From positions 28,225,323 to 28,289,322 of the forward strand of contig NC_052153.1 in the NCBI RefSeq assembly GCF_902713615.1: 64,000 nucleotides of DNA. The letters run 5' to 3'. Shown piece after piece: positions 58,514 through 64,000 of this stretch. The translations under genes and the position numbers were made by a program. Positions within the stretch are counted from its first letter, which is position 1, and each line of letters starts with the position of its first letter. The notes below the pieces were generated by a model. The model had not been told where the DNA came from. It made no database searches and saw only the letters and a list, made by a program, of their open reading frames with translations. This DNA is from Scyliorhinus canicula (Eukaryota).

Positions 58514-58875
58514 TGTTGCTCATTCTGGGTGAGTGTGCTTTACACTCAATTTGGCTCTGTTTTATTCCTTAGATCTAGAGTCGCCAGGTATCGTTAAGAT
58601 ACCGCCACAAGATTCAAGTTCAAGTTCAGTCCAATAACTCAATACACCAGTTAGTAAGTTCAAACAAGACATGTTTATTATAATACAGTTATTTACTACT
58701 CATGCATATAACACTAAAAGACTAGGCTATTCCTACCACTAACAGGCCAATACTTATCTGGAATAAGGGAACTGCCGGATCAGGGAACAATGGCCTCTTG
58801 CTTTGTCCTGGATCCGCAGGCTTCCAGTTGGTGTGGACTAAAGAGGTCAGGAGTATCCAGCTCGTTAGTTCCAAT
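58514..58875. mobile_element. Probable LTR fragment
   Basis: Begins TGTTG; contains TTTATT (AATAAA on the minus strand); LTR-like composition; no TSD found. Confidence 0.35.
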
Positions 58876-59889
58876 GCTGTCTGGTTTTTTAGCAGCTAGA
58901 ATACAGGGGATTCTGCAAACTGTTTGTCTCTTTGCCAATGTCCATTTTTCCCTGTAACCTTTGCGTTCTTCCATTTTGTGTGAGGAAGTGGCTAACCCAG
59001 GTGGCTACAGAACAGCGTGCTGAGACTGAAGGAGGCTGTTTGGATACAACCCCAAAACATAAGGCAGGAAGGTGGCCAGCCTTCTGGGGCTGGGGGGGGG
59101 GGGGGGGGGGGGGAGACACGTCGGAGATGGTGGGCAAGAATTTAATATTCATGGAGTGGCTGTCCAGGAGTCTTAGGTGTAAAGGCCTGACAGCAATGAG
59201 ATCTTCGGATAATGCAGCCTGAGTAAGAAGGGTGCCTATTATCCTTGCCGATTCCTGATGCAGAAAATGATTGTGTCCTTTAACATTCCTAAGACTCATG
59301 TCCTTCAAACTAATTGGCCATCATGAGATAATCTTCAATAATTTCAGCTCCCCACATTCACAAGTGAAGAATATGGGTGAAAACTCATGTTTCAAGAATA
59401 AAAGTTGACAATGAAACCTATTTGCCTGACCCCAGCGCCTGCCATAGAGGGTACATTAGCCCTCAAGGTATACATAAGCGTCCAGTTGACCCTAACCACG
59501 AGGGATGAGTGACCATTGAAATAGCCCATCGCAAGCCCCAGTGGTGTACATATTAAGGAATGGGACAACCAGATGGTTCTGAAGGGTGAGGGCATTGACC
59601 AGGGCCGGTCAAGCATTCAAGTGGGGAGGACACCAGACATGTGAGTGAGCACTAGCTGCCGGATAAGGTGTCGGAATGTCTGCTTCCAGGACCAGGAGGA
59701 CAAAGGGTGAGGGGAATGTCTTAACGTAACTGTCTGGGACACCAACCTGACTCTGTCTCTGTCTCTCATTCCTCGCAGTTTTCCGAGAGATTTCAGAATG
59801 GAATCAGTGGAGCTGGCAATTCTGCACATCAAAGCACTAGAGGAACACAGACTCCAGGAGGAACAACTGGCTACATCCAGGGACTCCTC

Positions 59890-60220
59890 AGATAATGAAG
59901 CAGTTTATGCTCAAATGCAGCAAGACCTGGATAATACCCAGGCTTGGGATGACAAGTGGCAAGTTACATTCGTGCCACACAAGTGCCAGGCAATGACCAC
60001 CTCCTACAAGAGAGGATCTAACCACTGCCTCTTGACATTCAATGGCATTACCATCGCTGAATCCCCCACAATCAACATCCTGGGGGTTACCATTGATAGG
60101 AAAATGAACGGGACGAGTCATATTAATACTGTGACCATCTATATTAATTGTCTATATTAATACAGAAAAGGCTGGGAATCCTACAATAAATGCTGGCCAC
60201 ATCCCATAAATGAATTTTTA
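59890..60220 (+). mobile_element. CR1/L2-type LINE fragment
   Basis: MQQDLDNTQAWDDKWQVTFVPHKCQAM..TINILGVTID. Confidence 0.75.
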
Positions 60221-60662
60221 AAAAGCTGTGGCGCTGATTAAATGCAGCACCCACTTGATTGAAGTGCTCCGATGATTCACAAATCAGACTCTTTGCACCT
60301 CAAGCATGACATTTCTCATGTGGGGAAAATAATTTTTCAAAGTGTCTAAAGATTGCAATCCGTATCACGCCATCGGGACTGACAGAATTCGCACCGATTT
60401 TCATTCTGAAAATGACTTTTTTTTTTGGAAAATTCCATCCATTGTCAGTGAGCATCACACTTCGGACCTTATGATGGAGGGAAGGTCATTGATGAAGCAG
60501 CTGAAGGAGTCTAAGACGCTTCCCAGAGGAGCTGCTGCAGTGATATCCTGGAATTGAGATGAGTAACTGCCAACAACCACAAATATATTCTGTTCTTGCA
60601 AAATGGTTAAGCATACTCTGGAGAGTTCCATGATTTTCCAGAGCGCGTTAATAAGTCTTCAT

Positions 60663-61198
60663 TTTTAAAAAAAATAATTTTTATTGGAATTTTTTACAGA
60701 AAATATAAAATATAACAACAAACAATGAAATGCAACAAAATAACCCATAACAACTGTAACACCCCCCAGACCACCTCAACGCATGTATCATATCCCCCCA
60801 CCCCCCCCAACCCCAACAAAAGAACTTAAAAATAAATTAAAATTAAATAAACAAACATAGTCATCGTCCCGTCCCCCCTTTTCCCTCCCCCTTCCCCCCC
60901 CCTCCCCCCCGGGTTGCTGCTGCTACTGTCCCAGTACCCTGTCGTTGAGCCAGAAAGTCGAGGAAAGGTTGCCACCGCCTAAAGAACCCTTGTACCGATC
61001 CTCTCAGGGCGAATTTGACCTTCTCAAGCTTAATAAAACCCGCCATGTCATTGATCCAGGTCTCCACGCTTGGGGGCCTCGCATCCTTCCATTGTAGCAA
61101 AATCCTTCGCCGGGCTACTAGGGACGCAAAGGCCAGAACACCGGCCTCTTTCGCCTCCTGCACTCCCGGCTCCACCCCAACCCCAAAAATTGTGAGTC
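60663..61198 (-). mobile_element. 5'-truncated L1/Tx1 insertion with a 17-bp TSD
   Basis: ORF2 C-terminus FASLVARRRILLQWK..W..D..FIKLEK, homologous to 19990-20197. TSD CGTTAATAAGTCTTCAT (60646-60662) / CGTTAACAAGTCTTCAT (61199-61215). Confidence 0.93.
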
Positions 61199-62619
61199 CG
61201 TTAACAAGTCTTCATGTGCAAACTACACATAAACAGTTACCCAAGGCCAGAATTGAACCCGGGCCGCTGGTGCTGTGAGGCAGCAGTGCTAACCATTTTG
61301 CCACCCACATGCTGTTACTCTTTCCCTCTTCCTTCCGTTCATACTGTGGGAGGCTAGGCAGCAGTTCTTGCATGTCAGAAATCTGGAAATCAGAAGGAGG
61401 TTAGTGTGAGGGGATTAGGGTGCGAAGAAAGAAGTCCATGGTCACACCAGCAATATGATCATCATGCAAGGCAGCTGGGTGAGGATGTGCTGGGAGTTGA
61501 ACAGGGGCATAAAGCAGGAACATAAAATGTCGTCCACAGTGACACCAGATGCCAGGGCTTCCATCGTAACTGGAACTATGATGCTCAGAAAATCTACGCT
61601 GTAGGTCTCAGGAGATGCTCGATAGTGTGCAGCCTGGCAGAGAGCGGGGTAACTTCAGTGACTGTGTAGTGATGTGTGTCTCTGATGTGCAAGTCATTAC
61701 TGAATAACTAGGTTAAAGTAAGGATACTCTCACAGATAACATCACCGCAGTTTGTGATATTCCAGCTCGGAATGATGGGTTCTTGGGGGTGTAGAGTTTT
61801 GTTTTTGGAATGGTGTGAGGAGTCAAGTGAAACCCCAGTGAGAATAACCAGCCCAGTTATTGTGTAACACCTTCAAACTGATTGAAAAACAAATACTACT
61901 CATATTTTGGCCATTCAGCCCAACTCACACGTGCTCCTTCATAAATCAATAACACAAGTTTGTTTCTTCACAAACTCATCTGTTTCTGCTGTTTCTCCAA
62001 CTACATTGACTGAATTGACCAACAAGCCAAAACTGAACCACTTAACTTTAAACTTTGTCTATAGAATAAGATCCATAGATATTTCATATTCTCAACATTA
62101 GTAGAGTAGGATTCTCAAAATCTTACAAAATGGTGCAGGGTGACCATAGCAGTCCCAGAATGGTGCAGTCAGTGTGCCAAGGGTTACTTGCTGAGTGGCA
62201 ATCAGTGACACTCACATGCGTCAGTCGTGAGTTATAAGGCAGAATTGGCTAGCTCTTATACTGAAGGAATTTGAATTAATTTGTAGATGAATGATCTCAG
62301 CTGCAAAGAAACATTCATTGCTGTCATGCCTCTCCACGAGAGTTGACATAGGCAGTGTTGAACTTTAGACAGCCGCCCTCCACCGACATTTGAGTCCATC
62401 CCTCAGCTCGTGGTAAATGGCCACCCAAACAATGCTCTGGCCCAGGCTTCCCTTCTTAGTGTCAGGTTCCTCCTAGGGTAGAGGAGCAGCAGCTGTAGAA
62501 TGAAGCCTTAGGATGGGTCAGTTTCAACTTGGCCTTCTTCCCCTTTTGGTGCTGAGCCGCCCCCTTCAGAGCCCAACTCTTCCCGCCCCTCTCTCCTGAC
62601 ACTGAGGCCATTGTCTCTT

Positions 62620-63183
62620 CACCTAGTTCCTTTGCCAATTCACTGACCTGCAGTGGGCTAGCAGGGACCCAGAGTGATCACGCAGCTTTAGCTCCAAATA
62701 TGGGCCCCCACACTTCCGGTTTTCAGTCCACTCATGCGTATGGCGGCTTCCTTCATGGCGGACCCGGACCGTGGAGGCAGATAAAGAATGTAGGCCTCCA
62801 ATCGGCCGCGTGCCTAAAGATCCAACTGCCCCCATCTGTGCCCCGGCCACCTATATGGCCCCCCCCGGTGTCCGATCCCCCCCCCCTCCCCCGTCCCCCA
62901 CCAGGGCAGACGCGGACTGAGTCCGCAGCCGCCACGCGAGCTTCCCAAATGGCGATAGGTCGTTAGAACCACGCCATCGGGTACTCGGCCAGTTGAGAGT
63001 GGAGGCTCGCTGGGATGGCCTCTGGCAATGGCCCCCCAGATGTGTGGAGTATTCCGTAAACATGCCGATTCTCGGATCCCGGAGAATTGCCGGACCGACG
63101 CCGGGCCCAATTTTGCCGTGAAATTCGATTCTCCGTTCCCGCGCCAAACGCAATTTCAGATGGGGTTGCGGAGAATCCAGTCC
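62620..63183. mobile_element. Harbinger-related MITE, one end preserved
   Basis: GC-rich island ending GCGGAGAATCCAGTCC. Confidence 0.7.
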
Positions 63184-63319
63184 TGGGTTTTCATTAACCT
63201 ACAGGCAAGTGTAAGATATAAATGAACAGTCCTCATTTTTAAATACACAAAGGCTTGGTGCTGGGTAATAAATAATGAAAAATGAAAACCACTCCCAAGA
63301 GTAAGAAAACACACCCTTG

Positions 63320-63580
63320 CCTTTCTTCCTCGTTGAAATACATCTTGCTCATACCTGAACCATCTCTTCCTTAAAGATTAGCTTTGTTCTATTATTATTT
63401 ATCCTGTCAAACCTTGGTACCATTTTACCTTAGCTAGATTCCTTCTCATCCATTGAAGTTAACCTTCTGCTAATTTAGAAGTTCTATTTTAGATTATTCC
63501 TTGCTCATCTCCATTAATAATCTTACCTTCATGAAACATTGATCACTGTTACCCAAGATGTCTCCTATAGACACTTAGCC
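63320..63580 (-). mobile_element. Old CR1 fragment
   Basis: Degenerate endonuclease-linker sequence (GGTAACAGTGATCAATG on the minus strand). Confidence 0.45.
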
Positions 63581-64000
63581 CAGTTGTATTACGTTGCGAA
63601 GGCGTCCACACCGAGCTCCACATCAACTGGGTCTGCATTGCCGGTGCCTAACTGGTTGGCTTTATATACCATATAATTATACATTGTTTAGAGGTCCCCC
63701 GCCTCCTTAATGGGGAGCATGGAAGGCCTTCCGTGCTCGGTGGGCACCACAGGGGTTGGATTGCGTTATCGACCCTAGTTTTCACATTTTGATTTAATGC
63801 TTTAAAGTTACCACTCTGCTTTGTTCTTTTTGTGCTGGGCTCTTTTTAGGAGCGGCCCCTTTTCATTTATCTCTCAGTTAATTTCCGTTCTTCTGTTTAG
63901 TTGATTGACCGTAAAACACATCACAGGGAAGTTAATTATTCCCACCCGGTAAGATACTTGGGGGTCATAACACCCAGTTGGCCCAACCCAGTCCCCTGCA

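Noticed and set aside
58980-59890. Possible further decayed Harbinger transposase fragment
   Set aside because: Only faint resemblance; I could not recover diagnostic motifs in a consistent frame.
63580-64000. LTR-like sequence at the window end
   Set aside because: Composition is suggestive, but there is no partner LTR, TSD or PBS inside the window.

Overview
Eukaryotic, repeat-dense genomic DNA, most likely intronic or intergenic sequence of a cartilaginous fish (shark-like). The evidence is HE1-type tRNA-derived SINEs, CR1/HER1-type LINEs, L1/Tx1 LINEs, Ty3/Gypsy LTR elements and Harbinger DNA transposons with GGGCGGGATTCTCC-type termini. I cannot support any host protein-coding exon, RNA gene or CRISPR array, and nearly all long ORFs in the track are transposon fragments or off-frame readings of repeats. 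Main content: (1) three Harbinger elements carrying a spliced Myb/SANT gene (1-3121, 29500-30815, 33263-37512; the last also has a decayed HARBI1-like DDE transposase) and about 7 related MITEs. (2) A 7.3-kb G/T-rich 23-bp tandem array (7180-14470) with nested higher-order duplications of 965, 2288 and 616 bp. (3) A 5.4-kb L1/Tx1 element (15044-20496) interrupted by a solo LTR. (4) Several decayed Gypsy elements and solo LTRs. (5) The best novelty candidate: a complete 3.28-kb LTR element (49908-53186) with both LTRs, PBS and PPT but no pol. Its Gag has lost the zinc-knuckle cysteines and continues into a long acidic, tandem-repeat-containing tail with an acidic FxGF motif and a hydrophobic C-terminus. 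All identifications are by eye, without database searches; boundaries of old, decayed elements are approximate.
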